This document shows positions 30,218 to 41,504 of a stretch of DNA of 64,000 nucleotides, piece after piece. The notes under the pieces were generated by a model. That model had not been told where the DNA came from. It searched no databases and saw only the letters and a list, made by a program, of their open reading frames with translations. The stretch is from Gammaproteobacteria bacterium (GTDB lineage: Bacteria > Pseudomonadota > Gammaproteobacteria > DSM-16500). Made by a program: the position numbers and the translations under genes. The stretch spans positions 8,842 through 72,841 of the forward strand of contig JABDDD010000001.1 of assembly GCA_013287765.1 (NCBI GenBank), read 5' to 3'. Position 1 is the first letter of the stretch; every line of letters starts with the position of its first letter.

Positions 30218-31570
30218 TTAACCTATTGCTCTTAATAATTTTTCATGAATATTGCCAAAACCAGAATTGCTCATAACCACAACATGGTCGCCTGATGTTA
30301 ATTGGTGAGCAAGTCGTTGAACTAAAAGATCAACTGTTGCAAATAATCCAGTCGGCTTTAAGCAATCAGTTAATATTTTTTCAAGACCCCAATCTTCTGC
30401 GTCTGGTTTTTTACATAACACCATATCAGCCGCACTTAACGCTTCAGCTATTTTATTTTTATGTACGCCCACCCGCATTGTATAGGATCCAAATTCTAGA
30501 ACAACTATAATGCGTGATTGACCTACTTTAGCGCGCAATCCTGCTAAAGTAGTTGCAATCGCTGTTGGATGATGAGCGAAATCATCATAAATAGTAATTC
30601 CTTTTGCTTCCCCTTTAATTTCTAATCGTCTTTTAACATTTTTAAATAAAGGCAAAGCAGCCAGTGCTTTTTCAATGGGAACACCTGCATGATAAGCAGC
30701 TGCAATCGCAGCTAATGCATTATTCACATTATGCTGGCCTAATAAATTCCATTGCGCATCCCCAACAGGAATGCCTTGATAAAGCACTTTAAAAGCACTC
30801 CCATCTGGATTTAGTAACTGCGCTTGCCATAATGCATTACTTTCACCAAAAGTATTGGCTTTGCTCCATAAACCTTTTTCTAAGACAGCGGTTAAATTCT
30901 CATCTTCTTGATGATGAATAATCAATCCTTGCGGCGGGACTGTTCGCACTAAATAATGAAATTGTTGTTTTATCGCCTGCAGGTCAGGATAAATATCTGC
31001 ATGATCATATTCTAAATTATTTAAAACTAATGTCCGTGGATGATAATGCATAAACTTCGGGCGCTTATCGAAAAAAGCACTATCGTATTCATCTGCTTCA
31101 ATCACAAAAAAATGACCATTACCCATTCTGGCTGATACTAATAAATTTTCCGGCACACCGCCTATTAAAAAACCTGGATCAAGTCCTGCATATTCTAAAA
31201 TAAAAGCAAGCAAACTAGTCGTGGTGGTTTTGCCATGTGTCCCTGCAACTGCCAACACCCAACGATTATGTAAAATATTGTTGGCAAGCCACTGCGGTCC
31301 TGATAAATAAGGAATATTTCTTTCCATAATATATTCCATCACCGGATTGCCTCGCGCAATGACATTGCCCACAATCACACAATCAATACTAGGATCCAAT
31401 AGATTGGGATCATAGCCTTCCATGATAGGTATATTGAGATTATGCAGTTGTGTGCTCATCGGCGGATAAAGCGCATGATCTGAGCCTGAGACTGTGTATC
31501 CTGCTGTTTTAGCCAGTTGCGCAATCCCTGCCATAAAAGTACCGCCAATCCCTAAAATATGAATATGCAT
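30218..31570 (-). CDS. mpl: UDP-N-acetylmuramate:L-alanyl-gamma-D-glutamyl-meso-DAP ligase (murein peptide ligase)
   Basis: MHIHILGIGGTFMAGIAQLAKTAGYTVSGSD..YPPMS, and the GTHGKTTTTS P-loop of the Mur ligase family; 450 aa. Confidence 0.85.
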   Translation of the reverse strand: MHIHILGIGGTFMAGIAQLAKTAGYTVSGSDHALYPPMSTQLHNLNIPIMEGYDPNLLDPSIDCVIVGNVIARGNPVMEYIMERNIPYLSGPQWLANNILHNRWVLAVAGTHGKTTTTSLLAFILEYAGLDPGFLIGGVPENLLVSARMGNGHFFVIEADEYDSAFFDKRPKFMHYHPRTLVLNNLEYDHADIYPDLQAIKQQFHYLVRTVPPQGLIIHHQEDENLTAVLEKGLWSKANTFGESNALWQAQLLNPDGSAFKVLYQGIPVGDAQWNLLGQHNVNNALAAIAAAYHAGVPIEKALAALPLFKNVKRRLEIKGEAKGITIYDDFAHHPTAIATTLAGLRAKVGQSRIIVVLEFGSYTMRVGVHKNKIAEALSAADMVLCKKPDAEDWGLEKILTDCLKPTGLFATVDLLVQRLAHQLTSGDHVVVMSNSGFGNIHEKLLRAIG

Positions 31571-31642
31571 GTGAATTTATCCCTTGATCGTTAAATAAAT
31601 TACCCTTATTATAATATTCGAAGTAAAAAGAAGGAAGCACGG

Positions 31643-33208
31643 ATGCAACCTGATTACTCGCATGCTTTATTTGAAGCTATTCAAGACAGCGCTGTTTTAT
31701 TGGATAAATCTGGGCGTATCTTAGATTGGAATGCTGGCGCTGTCAGTCTTTTTGGTTATCATAAAAAAGAAGTATTAGGCAAATCCATTAATCTTATCTA
31801 TCAGCAAAATCACCCTTTTCAAAAAATGATTCATGAACAAAAAAAATGGCAGGCTGAAACGCGTTATATTCGCAAAAATGGTATAAAAGGTTTTTGTCGA
31901 ACCACTTTATCTTTACTCCCCACGCAATTACCGAATAAAGCCGCTGCTTTAATTTTACAGCAAAATATTACTGTGCATAAAATACTTGAAATAGAACTTC
32001 AAGAAAAAAATACCAAATTAACCCAAACACTTGAGCGATATCATGAACAATTTTATTTTACCAATGCTTTATTAATTAAAAATATTCATCTAAAAGAACT
32101 CACAGAAAAAAATTTGCGAGAAAGTGAATTACGTTTTCGTTTATTAGCTGAAAATGCCACAGATATTATTTCAAGACATTCGCCTGATGGCACTTATTTA
32201 TATGTTTCACCTGCTTGCAAGACATTATTAGGTTACGACCCTGATGACTTATTAAAATATAATACTTATAAATTTATTCACTATGAAGATGTCGGTAAAT
32301 TAAAAAAAGCATTTAATCGCCGCAAAGAAAATTCAAATCATCATATTATTACCTACCGCATTCGTCGCAAAGAAGGTGATTATCGTTGGTTTGAAAGTAA
32401 TATTCGCTATATTTACGATGAAGAAACTCGTCTGATCCGCGAAGTACAATCTGCCTCCCGCGATATTACCGATCGTATATTAGATAAAAAAGCACGTCTA
32501 CGGGGTCAACAACTAGCACATGTTTCGCGTTTAAGCAGTATGGAAGAAATGGCATCAGGCATGGCACATGAAATCAGTCAACCGCTAGCAGCGATCGTCA
32601 ATTATACTCAAGGCTGCGTGCGTTACTTGCAGAATAATCAACATGATCCAGCACAACTGATTGAAATCATGAAAAAAGCTGTCGGTCAGGCCGAACGAGC
32701 TGGGGAAGTGATTCATCGGTTAAAAAACTTTTTTTGCAAAGGTAAGTTATTTAAAACGCCTTGTAAAATCAATCGGGTTATCCGTGAAACCGTGAGTTTA
32801 ATTCGTTATGATTTAAATAGCTCTAAAACCAAAATTGACTTTACACTTGAAAAAGAAGTGCAGATTATTTCTGCTGATAAAATTCAATTACAACAGGTTT
32901 TATTAAATTTAATTCAAAATGCCATTGAAGCGATGCGCGATACCACGCAATATTTACGGCGTATTCATATTCAAACTAAACGAATTGATGAAAACACGAT
33001 TGAAATTATGTTTAGCGATTCAGGCCCTGGATTTACTAAAGAAATGGCGCAGAAAGTCTTTACGCCTTTTGTTACCACCAAAGCACACGGCCGTGGCATG
33101 GGCTTAGCGATTTGCCGCTCTATTATTGAAGCGCATGGCGGGCAATTTTTTATAAATCCAAACACCCAAGGCCAAAGCTGGATAAAATTCATCATACCGG
33201 TTAATTAA
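31643..33208 (+). CDS. PAS-domain sensor histidine kinase (FixL-like)
   Basis: Two PAS-like segments, H-box MAHEISQPLAAI, N-box LIQNAIEAM, and G-boxes DSGPGF / GMGLAI; 521 aa. Confidence 0.8.
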   Translation: MQPDYSHALFEAIQDSAVLLDKSGRILDWNAGAVSLFGYHKKEVLGKSINLIYQQNHPFQKMIHEQKKWQAETRYIRKNGIKGFCRTTLSLLPTQLPNKAAALILQQNITVHKILEIELQEKNTKLTQTLERYHEQFYFTNALLIKNIHLKELTEKNLRESELRFRLLAENATDIISRHSPDGTYLYVSPACKTLLGYDPDDLLKYNTYKFIHYEDVGKLKKAFNRRKENSNHHIITYRIRRKEGDYRWFESNIRYIYDEETRLIREVQSASRDITDRILDKKARLRGQQLAHVSRLSSMEEMASGMAHEISQPLAAIVNYTQGCVRYLQNNQHDPAQLIEIMKKAVGQAERAGEVIHRLKNFFCKGKLFKTPCKINRVIRETVSLIRYDLNSSKTKIDFTLEKEVQIISADKIQLQQVLLNLIQNAIEAMRDTTQYLRRIHIQTKRIDENTIEIMFSDSGPGFTKEMAQKVFTPFVTTKAHGRGMGLAICRSIIEAHGGQFFINPNTQGQSWIKFIIPVN

Positions 33209-33275
33209 AAATCAGATTATCTTAATAGAATTTGATATACTGAAAAATCACATCAAGCTGACTATTTCAAGGAGG

Positions 33276-33914
33276 ATGCAAATGGCAATGGATCCTGTTG
33301 TGTACGTTGTTGATGATGATCAAGCAATGGTTGAATCTTTATCGTGGGTAATCGAGTCTGTTGGATTAAGAGCAAAAACGTATACTCGTGCTAATGATTT
33401 TTTAGCTGAATACGATGCAATGCAACCGGGTTGTATGTTGTTAGATGTTCGTATGCCAGGCATGAGTGGTCCTGAATTACAGGCGCGACTCAATGTCTTG
33501 GGAGCCACTCTACCCATTATCTTTATTAGCGGGCATGGGGATGTTCCTTTAGCTGTTCGAGTCATGAAAGCAGGCGCTGTTGACTTTTTAACAAAACCCT
33601 TCAATGACCAAGTGTTATTAGAAAGCATTAATAAAGCATTAAGACTAGATAAATTAAATCGTGAAAAACAAAAAGAGAATGCTCAAGCCGAAGCAAAATT
33701 TGCCTTATTATCCCCAAGAGAGGTGCAAGTTTTACAAGGCATTGTGGCAGGGAAACAAAATAAGGTCATTTCAGCTGAACTGAATATTTCCTTAAAAACA
33801 GTCGAAGCCCATCGTGCGAGTGTGATGAAAAAAATGGGAGTCAAATCAGTTCCCGAATTGGTAAAGCTCGTATTAACCAATGGTGTGCAAGAAACGGCTG
33901 CGCAAGAATCATAA
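33276..33914 (+). CDS. response regulator, FixJ/LuxR family
   Basis: A receiver domain (VYVVDDD...LLDVRMPGMSG...KPF) plus a C-terminal LuxR HTH (LSPREVQVL...ISLKTVEAHRASVMKKMG). Confidence 0.85.
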   Translation: MQMAMDPVVYVVDDDQAMVESLSWVIESVGLRAKTYTRANDFLAEYDAMQPGCMLLDVRMPGMSGPELQARLNVLGATLPIIFISGHGDVPLAVRVMKAGAVDFLTKPFNDQVLLESINKALRLDKLNREKQKENAQAEAKFALLSPREVQVLQGIVAGKQNKVISAELNISLKTVEAHRASVMKKMGVKSVPELVKLVLTNGVQETAAQES

Positions 33915-34136
33915 AAAAAATAGCACAATTTGCTAAATTTTAGAGCACTCCTCCGTAAGGGGGATTTTGCTATTATTTAATTCATTTTTTATTAACTTGC
34001 TGATTTTAATTAAAAAAAACTAAAAAAACACCCCCTTTCCAAAGGGTGAGGTGTCTTTGGGTTAAAACAATAAAATAACATAAAACCACCAAAAATTTGC
34101 GCCAACATTTTAAATTTATTATATACTTATGAACCT

Positions 34137-35984
34137 TTGAACAAGAGCTCGATTATCATGTTTTTTTTAGGCGTTTTAGCTTTATTCCAAATAGTATTTT
34201 TACCTGGTTTTTTATTATTAACCGCGCTGCGTTATCGAGAAGGTTTTTTAAAAACGGTGCTATTATCATTTGGTTTAAGTATAACAATTAATTATTTCTT
34301 AATTTTAACCCTTACTTTTTTGCATCTTTATACTCCTGCGACCTTAATCAGTCTCTACTGCATAGAATGTCTTATGCTTTTATGCATGATTTCTTTTAAA
34401 AATTTATTAACTCCAACACATTTTAGTTTAAAACCCATCAGCACATTTTTTTCTTTTACTGAACAATCCTCTTTAATAACAATCAGTAAATTAGCCGGTT
34501 TTTTTGCCTTTGTTTATTTAATTTGTTTTTATAGTTTTTATGATGATGCACCCAAATCTGTTTTTTCTTCATGGGATGCGATCCTAAGCTGGAACCCCTG
34601 GGCACAGCAATGGGCGCAAAATATTTTACCGCCGCATACTTCTGATTATCCGCAGCTTATTCCAATCAATGTTTCTTTAACTTATCTAATAGTCGGAAAT
34701 CAACTAGAATTATTTGGGAAAATATTTTTTTATACTTTTCCTTTCGCCATTCTGGGTATTTTGTGGGATTTAGCTAATCGCAATAAGCAAGCCGGTTTTT
34801 TTTGGGGCATGGTATTTTTTATCGTATTTTTATTGAAAATTTTTGGCAATCAAAGTATTTCTGGCTATGCAGATATTCCTGTGGCTTCAATGTGTTTATT
34901 CAGTCTTTATTTATTATTCATAGAAAATACCCCACGCACAGACTGCAAAAAAAGTATTTTTTTAAGCGTCATACTCACTATGGGTGCTATTTCCACTAAA
35001 CAAGCTGGCCTTTTAGTCATGGCAGCCTACCCAATTTTTTTATATCTTTTTTTATCAAAAAATTTTCCATTTTATTCAACTACACAAAAAATAAAAATTA
35101 GTCTATTATCACTATTACTTATTATTGCCTCTCTCATCCCTTGGGAATCCTATAAATTATTTTTATATTATCATCATTTGGATTATTCGAATTCGCTCCC
35201 ACTACTAGAAGGCGCAGGTGATCAAGTCATGCGGCATAATTACTTTTTAAAAGTAAAGCATAGCCTACATTTACTTTTTCGTTTAATGGATAAAAACTTT
35301 CTTGTCATTATAGTACCTATTTTAATTATATTAAGTTGTTATTCTGCAAAAAAAATGCGACCTATCGCGCTTTGGTTAGTACTTCCCATGTTTTTAATGT
35401 GGGCGTTATTCTTTGGTTATGATGTTCGCAATATTGCTTACCTGCTGCCATTTTTAAGTATCGTCTTAGGATTTGGTTTCCAGTTTTTATTGCAATTTTT
35501 AAGTCATAATCGATTTGTTTATTTTTTAAAAACTCATGGAATCTTGGCGTATACTTTACTAAGCGTTTTGATCACACTGGGAGGATTATTAAAATTAAAT
35601 CATACTTATAAAAATAAAAAACTCATCAATCAACAATTCATAGCAATGAAACAAATAGGTATCCCCCAAATTAATGATTTTATGTATACCTATATTAATA
35701 AAAATCCCTTAGCCGGAATTATTATGACAAATTATGGGCCACTTTGTTATTTAACATCTTTTACCTCCAATTGCTTTTATAGACCCAATCTCTTATCTTT
35801 GGATCTTTTTTTAAAAAATCTAAGTGAGCTAAAACCTAGCTATATCGGTTTATTAACAATCAGTTCAAAAACAAAAGCAATTAAAGAATATGTGGCAAAT
35901 CACCCAGAAAAATTTGAAATGATTGAAAGTCATGTCGCTTATTTTAATCTTTATTACATTCGAGGAAGTTATGAAAAAAGTTAG
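34137..35984 (+). CDS. polytopic membrane protein, putative GT-C type (ArnT/PMT-like) glycosyltransferase
   Basis: 615 aa with more than 10 TM segments. Its 3' end overlaps a GT2/GtrA gene, an arrangement like GtrB/ArnC plus a GT-C transferase. No catalytic motif was verified. The start is uncertain (TTG 34137 or ATG 34158). Confidence 0.4.
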   Translation: MNKSSIIMFFLGVLALFQIVFLPGFLLLTALRYREGFLKTVLLSFGLSITINYFLILTLTFLHLYTPATLISLYCIECLMLLCMISFKNLLTPTHFSLKPISTFFSFTEQSSLITISKLAGFFAFVYLICFYSFYDDAPKSVFSSWDAILSWNPWAQQWAQNILPPHTSDYPQLIPINVSLTYLIVGNQLELFGKIFFYTFPFAILGILWDLANRNKQAGFFWGMVFFIVFLLKIFGNQSISGYADIPVASMCLFSLYLLFIENTPRTDCKKSIFLSVILTMGAISTKQAGLLVMAAYPIFLYLFLSKNFPFYSTTQKIKISLLSLLLIIASLIPWESYKLFLYYHHLDYSNSLPLLEGAGDQVMRHNYFLKVKHSLHLLFRLMDKNFLVIIVPILIILSCYSAKKMRPIALWLVLPMFLMWALFFGYDVRNIAYLLPFLSIVLGFGFQFLLQFLSHNRFVYFLKTHGILAYTLLSVLITLGGLLKLNHTYKNKKLINQQFIAMKQIGIPQINDFMYTYINKNPLAGIIMTNYGPLCYLTSFTSNCFYRPNLLSLDLFLKNLSELKPSYIGLLTISSKTKAIKEYVANHPEKFEMIESHVAYFNLYYIRGSYEKS

Positions 35985-37023
35985 CGTACTAATACCTGCC
36001 TATAATCCAACAGAGGACTTGCTTTGTTTAATCGACAAATTAAATCATATTGAAACATCGGGTATTATAGTTGTCAATGATGGCTCTGATCTAAAATATT
36101 CACCCATTTTTAATAAAATAAAAACAGAGTATCCAAAAATTATTTTACTAGAACACGCAGTGAACTTAGGTAAAGGCGCTGCTTTAAAAACTGGATTAAA
36201 TTATATTTTTAATCACTTTGCACAAGATATAGGAACCGTGACGGCTGATGCAGATGGACAGCATCTAGTAGAAGATATCATACGCGTGGGTGAAAAATTA
36301 TTACAACAACCACAAGATTTAATTATAGGGACACGAGAATTTTCTAATCATAAAAAAATACCCCTACGCAGTCAACTTGGCAATCTGTTGACAATTAAAT
36401 TATTTAAATTAATTGTCGGTCAATCTGTTGCAGATACGCAATCAGGTTTACGCGGCATTCCACATACTTTTATTCCGGCTTTGCTCACTATTCATAATAA
36501 TGGCTATGAATTTGAATTAAATATGTTAATTGCCTGCAAATATCTAAATCGCAAAATCACGGAAGTTCCTATTATGACGGTTTATATTGATCATAATAAA
36601 AGTTCACATTTTAATCCGATTATAGATTCTTTAAAAATTTACTTTGTGTTATTTCGTTTTATGTTACTGTCTTTGTTAACAACCACCTTAGATTTTACGG
36701 TATTTTCGCTATTAAGTTTTCAGGGTGTCAGTATTTTAGATTGTCAGTTAGCTGCACGGGTTTTATCAGTTTTATTTAATTATCCACTCGCTAAAAAAAT
36801 AGTTTTCCATTTTGAAGGCGGAAATTCTTATCCTTTTTTTAAATATATTATATTAGTACTTATTAATTTTATTATTTCATTTAGTATTATTAACTATTGC
36901 GTCAGCCACTTTAATATGGCGCCGGTGATTGCAAAAGTCATGGTCGAATCCACCTTATTTTTAGCCAATTTTGCCATTCAGCGAGACTTTATTTTTACTA
37001 AAAAAATAGCCTATGGTGCATAA
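35971..37023 (+). CDS. family-2 glycosyltransferase (polyprenyl-phosphate sugar transferase-like) fused to a GtrA-like membrane domain
   Basis: VSVLIPAYNPTEDL, VVNDGS and DADGQH motifs of GT2, with four C-terminal TM helices resembling GtrA. The start is set at ATG 35971, which has a GAGGAAG RBS. Confidence 0.7.
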   Translation: MKKVSVLIPAYNPTEDLLCLIDKLNHIETSGIIVVNDGSDLKYSPIFNKIKTEYPKIILLEHAVNLGKGAALKTGLNYIFNHFAQDIGTVTADADGQHLVEDIIRVGEKLLQQPQDLIIGTREFSNHKKIPLRSQLGNLLTIKLFKLIVGQSVADTQSGLRGIPHTFIPALLTIHNNGYEFELNMLIACKYLNRKITEVPIMTVYIDHNKSSHFNPIIDSLKIYFVLFRFMLLSLLTTTLDFTVFSLLSFQGVSILDCQLAARVLSVLFNYPLAKKIVFHFEGGNSYPFFKYIILVLINFIISFSIINYCVSHFNMAPVIAKVMVESTLFLANFAIQRDFIFTKKIAYGA

Positions 37024-37225
37024 AATGATTCAAATTAATACAGATAGTAAACTCATTTAGGTAAAAACCCTCAATATCTTTCGGGTCTTCAAGCAACGTT
37101 CTATTGGTAATTGCTAATTTCCCTTAGTTAAAATTAATGAGATGATGACAATCCCCATCGTAAGGATATTAGGGAAAAAGGACTTTCACTCAGTAGTAAA
37201 CCGGATGTTAGTAAGGGAGATAATC

Positions 37226-37666
37226 ATGCGTGAAGCTAAAAAAGTATTACTCGTCACAAATGCTGCAACCGATGCGGAAATCACTCAAATCATGAATGCG
37301 GTTCATCACGCAAAAAATCAAGGTCTTCCTATTGAGCTTAATTTAGTCCATGTGATTCCAACACTTCCGACTTGCTATTTTAATATTCCTTCTATGGCAC
37401 TTTTAGCAGAACGTTTTTATGAAGAAGCACGATCAGCGCTGATTCATATCGGAAAATTATTACATGTTAACACACAGAATCAATGGGTTATTCATGGAAA
37501 AGCACGCTTGGAAGTTTTACGTCTTGCCAATAAACTAGGTATACATTTCATCTTAGCAAGCAGTCAGAGTATTCAAGATTTACATAAATCTTTTTCATTT
37601 AAAAAAGAAGCGAATAATACTTCTATTCAAAGTATTAGTCATGCAGATATAGCCTTAAATGAATAA
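37226..37666 (+). CDS. universal-stress-protein-like protein
   Basis: KKVLLVTNAATDAE...LVHVIP...VLRLANKLGIHFILASS resembles the UspA fold pattern. The start is set at ATG 37226, which has an AGGGAGA RBS. Confidence 0.4.
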   Translation: MREAKKVLLVTNAATDAEITQIMNAVHHAKNQGLPIELNLVHVIPTLPTCYFNIPSMALLAERFYEEARSALIHIGKLLHVNTQNQWVIHGKARLEVLRLANKLGIHFILASSQSIQDLHKSFSFKKEANNTSIQSISHADIALNE

Positions 37667-37745
37667 AACGCTTTATTATTATTCTTGATTTTTTCCCAGA
37701 ACTTATTATGATCTTTAGATCTTACATTCTGGGAATTTTTTCTTC

Positions 37746-39008
37746 ATGCAAAAATACAATGCTCTCTATGCTCAATCAGGTGGTGTCACTGCTGTTATTA
37801 ACGCAAGTGCTTGCGGAGTTATTCAAACCGCCAGAATGCATTCTCACGAAATAGGCACTGTTTATGCCGCAAAAAATGGCATCATTGGCGCACTCACTGA
37901 AGACTTAATCGATACCTCTTATGAGACAGATGCTGATATTGCAGCCCTTCGCCACACACCTGCTGGAGCCTTTGGTTCTTGCCGACATAAACTAGGATCA
38001 CTTGAAAAAAACCGCGCGCAGTACGAGCGTTTAATTGACGTATTTGCAGCACATCATATTCGTTACTTTTTTTATAATGGCGGTGGCGATTCTCAAGATA
38101 CGGCATTTAAAATTTCACAAATCGGTCATCTATTAAATTATCCTATTCAAAGTATTGGTATTCCAAAAACAATTGATAATGATTTACCTTTTACTAATAA
38201 TTCTCCAGGTTTTGGCTCGGTTGCAAAATATGTTGCCGTGTCAATTCGTGAAGCAAGCTTAGATGTTGCCTCAATGGCAAAGACTTCTACTAAAATATTT
38301 ATTCTAGAAGTCATGGGTCGTCACACTGGCTGGATTGCAGCGGCAGGCGGTCTTGCTAAAAATAAAGAAAGTGATGGGCCGCACATTATTTTATTTCCTG
38401 AAATAAAATTGGATCATGAAAAATTTCTACAAAAAGTAAAATATGCAGTCAATACCTTTGGTTTTTGCTCAATTGTCGTCTCTGAAGGGTTAAAAAATGC
38501 AGATAATACTTTCGTTGCTGAATCTGGATTAACCGATGCGTTTGGCCATAAACAATTAGGTGGGGTAGCCCCCGTTATTGCACAATTAATTAAAGATCGA
38601 TTAGGGCTAAAATATCATTGGGCGGTTGCTGATTATTTACAACGCTCGGCAAGACATATTGCCTCTCTGACTGATGTAGAGCAATCCTATGCTTTAGGCA
38701 AAGCGGCTGTTGAATTAGCATTAGCTGGCAAAAATGCAATTATGCCTATTATTGTGCGTGAATCTGATCATCCTTATCGATGGCGCATAGGTGAGGCTCC
38801 TTTAGAAAAAGTAGCCAATGTCGAAGTGGCTTTACCTCGTGATTATATAACAGAAGATGGTTTTGGTATCACTGATCAGTGTCGGGCTTATTTATTGCCA
38901 TTAATTACTGGGGAAGATTATCCTCCTTATGTCAATGGGTTACCGAATTATGTCACCTTAAAAAATAAGCCGGTCACCAAAAAAATTGAAAAAACATTTG
39001 AAGTGTAA
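37746..39008 (+). CDS. 6-phosphofructokinase (PfkA family, possibly PPi-dependent)
   Basis: SGGVTAVINAS, NGGGDS, GIPKTIDNDL and MGRHTGWIA motifs; 420 aa. Confidence 0.8.
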   Translation: MQKYNALYAQSGGVTAVINASACGVIQTARMHSHEIGTVYAAKNGIIGALTEDLIDTSYETDADIAALRHTPAGAFGSCRHKLGSLEKNRAQYERLIDVFAAHHIRYFFYNGGGDSQDTAFKISQIGHLLNYPIQSIGIPKTIDNDLPFTNNSPGFGSVAKYVAVSIREASLDVASMAKTSTKIFILEVMGRHTGWIAAAGGLAKNKESDGPHIILFPEIKLDHEKFLQKVKYAVNTFGFCSIVVSEGLKNADNTFVAESGLTDAFGHKQLGGVAPVIAQLIKDRLGLKYHWAVADYLQRSARHIASLTDVEQSYALGKAAVELALAGKNAIMPIIVRESDHPYRWRIGEAPLEKVANVEVALPRDYITEDGFGITDQCRAYLLPLITGEDYPPYVNGLPNYVTLKNKPVTKKIEKTFEV

Positions 39009-39065
39009 TAGTTTTGCATATGATATGATTAAAAATAAAATTTAAATTTAAATTTAGGCAACCGG

Positions 39066-39881
39066 ATGAAAGAATTACCCAATGTTAAACATATCATTGC
39101 CATTGCCTCGGGAAAAGGCGGCGTCGGTAAATCGACGACTGCAGTGAATTTAGCGCTTGCCTTATCCAAAGAAGGCGCACGCACGGGTATTTTAGATGCA
39201 GATATCTATGGACCTAGTCAGCCATTAATGTTGGGCATCACTAAAAAACCAGAAAAGACAGCTAATAAAACCTTAATGCCTATTATGGCGCATAATTTGC
39301 AATCGATGTCGATTGGTTATTTAATTGATGAAACAACGCCTATGGTTTGGCGGGGTCCCATGGCGAGCATGGCATTGCAGCAATTATTACATGATACGCA
39401 TTGGGACAATCTTGATTATTTAATTATTGATTTACCGCCAGGAACAGGCGATGTGCAATTAACGCTTGCACAAAAAATTCCGGTTAATGGCGCAGTGATT
39501 GTGACCACCCCGCAAGATTTAGCATTAGTTGATGCAAAGCGTGCCTACGAGATGTTTCGCAAAGTACATGTCCCCGTGTTAGGCGTTATTGAAAATATGA
39601 GCACACATATTTGTTCGTCTTGCGGCCATCAAGAATCTATTTTTGGTACGGGCGGCGGTCAGCATTTTTCAGAAAAATATGGTATTGATTTATTAGGCGC
39701 GCTTCCTTTACATAAACAAATTCGCGAGCAAACGGATGGCGGTAGACCGACAGTGGTTGCCGATCCCAACAGCCCTATTTCTGCTTTATATATTGAGATT
39801 GCCAAAAAATTAATAACTAAATTATCTTCACAAGCTAAAAATCCCAGTAAATTCCCACATATTATTATTAAAGATGAATAA
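39066..39881 (+). CDS. apbC: Fe-S cluster carrier ATPase Mrp/ApbC
   Basis: IASGKGGVGKSTTAVNLALAL deviant Walker A, DLPPGTGD, and CSSCGH (CxxC); 271 aa. Confidence 0.85.
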   Translation: MKELPNVKHIIAIASGKGGVGKSTTAVNLALALSKEGARTGILDADIYGPSQPLMLGITKKPEKTANKTLMPIMAHNLQSMSIGYLIDETTPMVWRGPMASMALQQLLHDTHWDNLDYLIIDLPPGTGDVQLTLAQKIPVNGAVIVTTPQDLALVDAKRAYEMFRKVHVPVLGVIENMSTHICSSCGHQESIFGTGGGQHFSEKYGIDLLGALPLHKQIREQTDGGRPTVVADPNSPISALYIEIAKKLITKLSSQAKNPSKFPHIIIKDE

Positions 39882-39893
39882 AGGTTTAAAAAA

Positions 39894-40460
39894 ATGAGTA
39901 TTAAAGCCGACAAGTGGATTCGCAGAATGGCTGAAACGCAGCAAATGATCACGCCCTTTGAGCCGCAGCAAGTGAGACAAACTTCGCAAGGAAAAACCAT
40001 TTCTCATGGCACATCAAGCTACGGATATGACATACGCTGTGCGCGTGAATTTAAAATTTTCACTAATATTAACTCAGCTATAGTTGACCCTAAAAATTTT
40101 TGCGAAAGTAGTTTTGTCGATTTGACGGCTGATGTTTGCATTATTCCGCCTAATTCTTTTGCGCTAGCACGGAGTATTGAATATTTTCGTATTCCGCGTA
40201 ATGTATTAGTGATTTGCGTTGGCAAATCAACTTATGCTCGTTGCGGTATTATTGTCAATGTCACACCGCTTGAACCTGAGTGGGAAGGTCATATTACTTT
40301 AGAATTTTCAAATACGACGCCACTGCCTGCAAAAATTTATGCAAATGAAGGTGTGGCACAGCTATTATTTTTAGAATCGGATGAAGAATGTGCGGCTTCT
40401 TATAAAGATAAAAATGGCAAATATCAAGGGCAAATGGGCGTGACGTTGCCAATGACTTAA
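39894..40460 (+). CDS. dcd: dCTP deaminase
   Basis: [13 protein letters not shown]...[11 protein letters not shown]...[23 protein letters not shown]; 188 aa. Confidence 0.9.
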   Translation: MSIKADKWIRRMAETQQMITPFEPQQVRQTSQGKTISHGTSSYGYDIRCAREFKIFTNINSAIVDPKNFCESSFVDLTADVCIIPPNSFALARSIEYFRIPRNVLVICVGKSTYARCGIIVNVTPLEPEWEGHITLEFSNTTPLPAKIYANEGVAQLLFLESDEECAASYKDKNGKYQGQMGVTLPMT

Positions 40461-40484
40461 ATAAAAAATCTTATTAAACAATAC

Positions 40485-41399
40485 TCACATTAATTCAATG
40501 GATTTTTTATTAATAGGCGATACAGGAGAATGACTCTCTTTTTCATCTCGAACTGGTTGCGCCCAAAGCCAAAAATGATCACTAGCTCTTTTTCTTATTG
40601 CTTGCTTTGCCTGCTCCTCTAGAACTTTTTTTATTCGCTCATCAATTTTTAAAATAAGATCTTCCGGAACAGTCTCAACAGATTGACACAATTTATTTTT
40701 GAAATCTAATAATTCTTTTTTGTATGTGAGTTCATCTATGACCTTTTCAGAAATAGCTGAAATAAGTGTTTGCGGAACATACTTAATATTTTCCCACATT
40801 ACATTTGCTAAATCTAATAACTCTCTTTTGTCTGTGATTGTGCTTATAAATTTTTGAACAAGTTTAATATTGTCACTTTGCCAAGAGGAATTTTTAATAG
40901 ATTTTGCTATCATTGGGTCTACTTTTTCACAAATTTTTGAAGTTTCAGCGCATATTTGAATAACTACAGTCAGTGGTAATTGTCTTAACAAAACATTAAC
41001 AAGACGTGCAAACTGTTCCATATTCATATCCTGATATCTGAACAGACAATAAAACATGTTAGTTTGAGTGCCTTTTTCAGAGGTAAGAACACATAGTAAT
41101 AAATTTTTAATATCTTCCTGTGACAACGCAACTTCTCTACTAAAAAAACAAACATGTAAAGCCGACATTATACCGATAGGATCTGGCATCCCTCTTTCAA
41201 GCCAAGAATACATCCTATTCAAAATAGGCTGATATTTTGATTTTTTCTTAACTAACTCATTCAGCAAAAGTACTTTATAGTTGTAATCATCTTTAAAATC
41301 AGCCAATTCACCCTTTGTTAGGTTAGAATATATACCTTCTAGATTCGATCCTAGCTCTAATAAATTAATTTTTTCAAAAGGATTACTACTTAATGACAT
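40485..41399 (-). CDS. hypothetical protein (effector-like orphan)
   Basis: An ORF of about 304 aa counted from ATG 41399, which has a GGAGAA RBS; the track start is TTG 41462. I recognise no conserved motif. Confidence 0.4.
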   Translation of the reverse strand: MSLSSNPFEKINLLELGSNLEGIYSNLTKGELADFKDDYNYKVLLLNELVKKKSKYQPILNRMYSWLERGMPDPIGIMSALHVCFFSREVALSQEDIKNLLLCVLTSEKGTQTNMFYCLFRYQDMNMEQFARLVNVLLRQLPLTVVIQICAETSKICEKVDPMIAKSIKNSSWQSDNIKLVQKFISTITDKRELLDLANVMWENIKYVPQTLISAISEKVIDELTYKKELLDFKNKLCQSVETVPEDLILKIDERIKKVLEEQAKQAIRKRASDHFWLWAQPVRDEKESHSPVSPINKKSIELM

Positions 41400-41504
41400 C
41401 GCTGCTTCTCCACACAAGATTAAAAGTTGGTCAATCATACATGAGTTACAAAAAATAAACAACTATTACTTATTTGAAATAAATTAAATCAAATAGCAAT
41501 GTAA

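Noticed and set aside
33940-34050. Weak hairpins downstream of the response regulator (CTCCGTAAGGGGG and CACCCCCTTTCCAAAGGGTG), considered as possible terminators or REP copies.
   Set aside because: The stems are short and bulged, and they bear no clear relation to the two repeat families defined elsewhere. The support is too weak to annotate.
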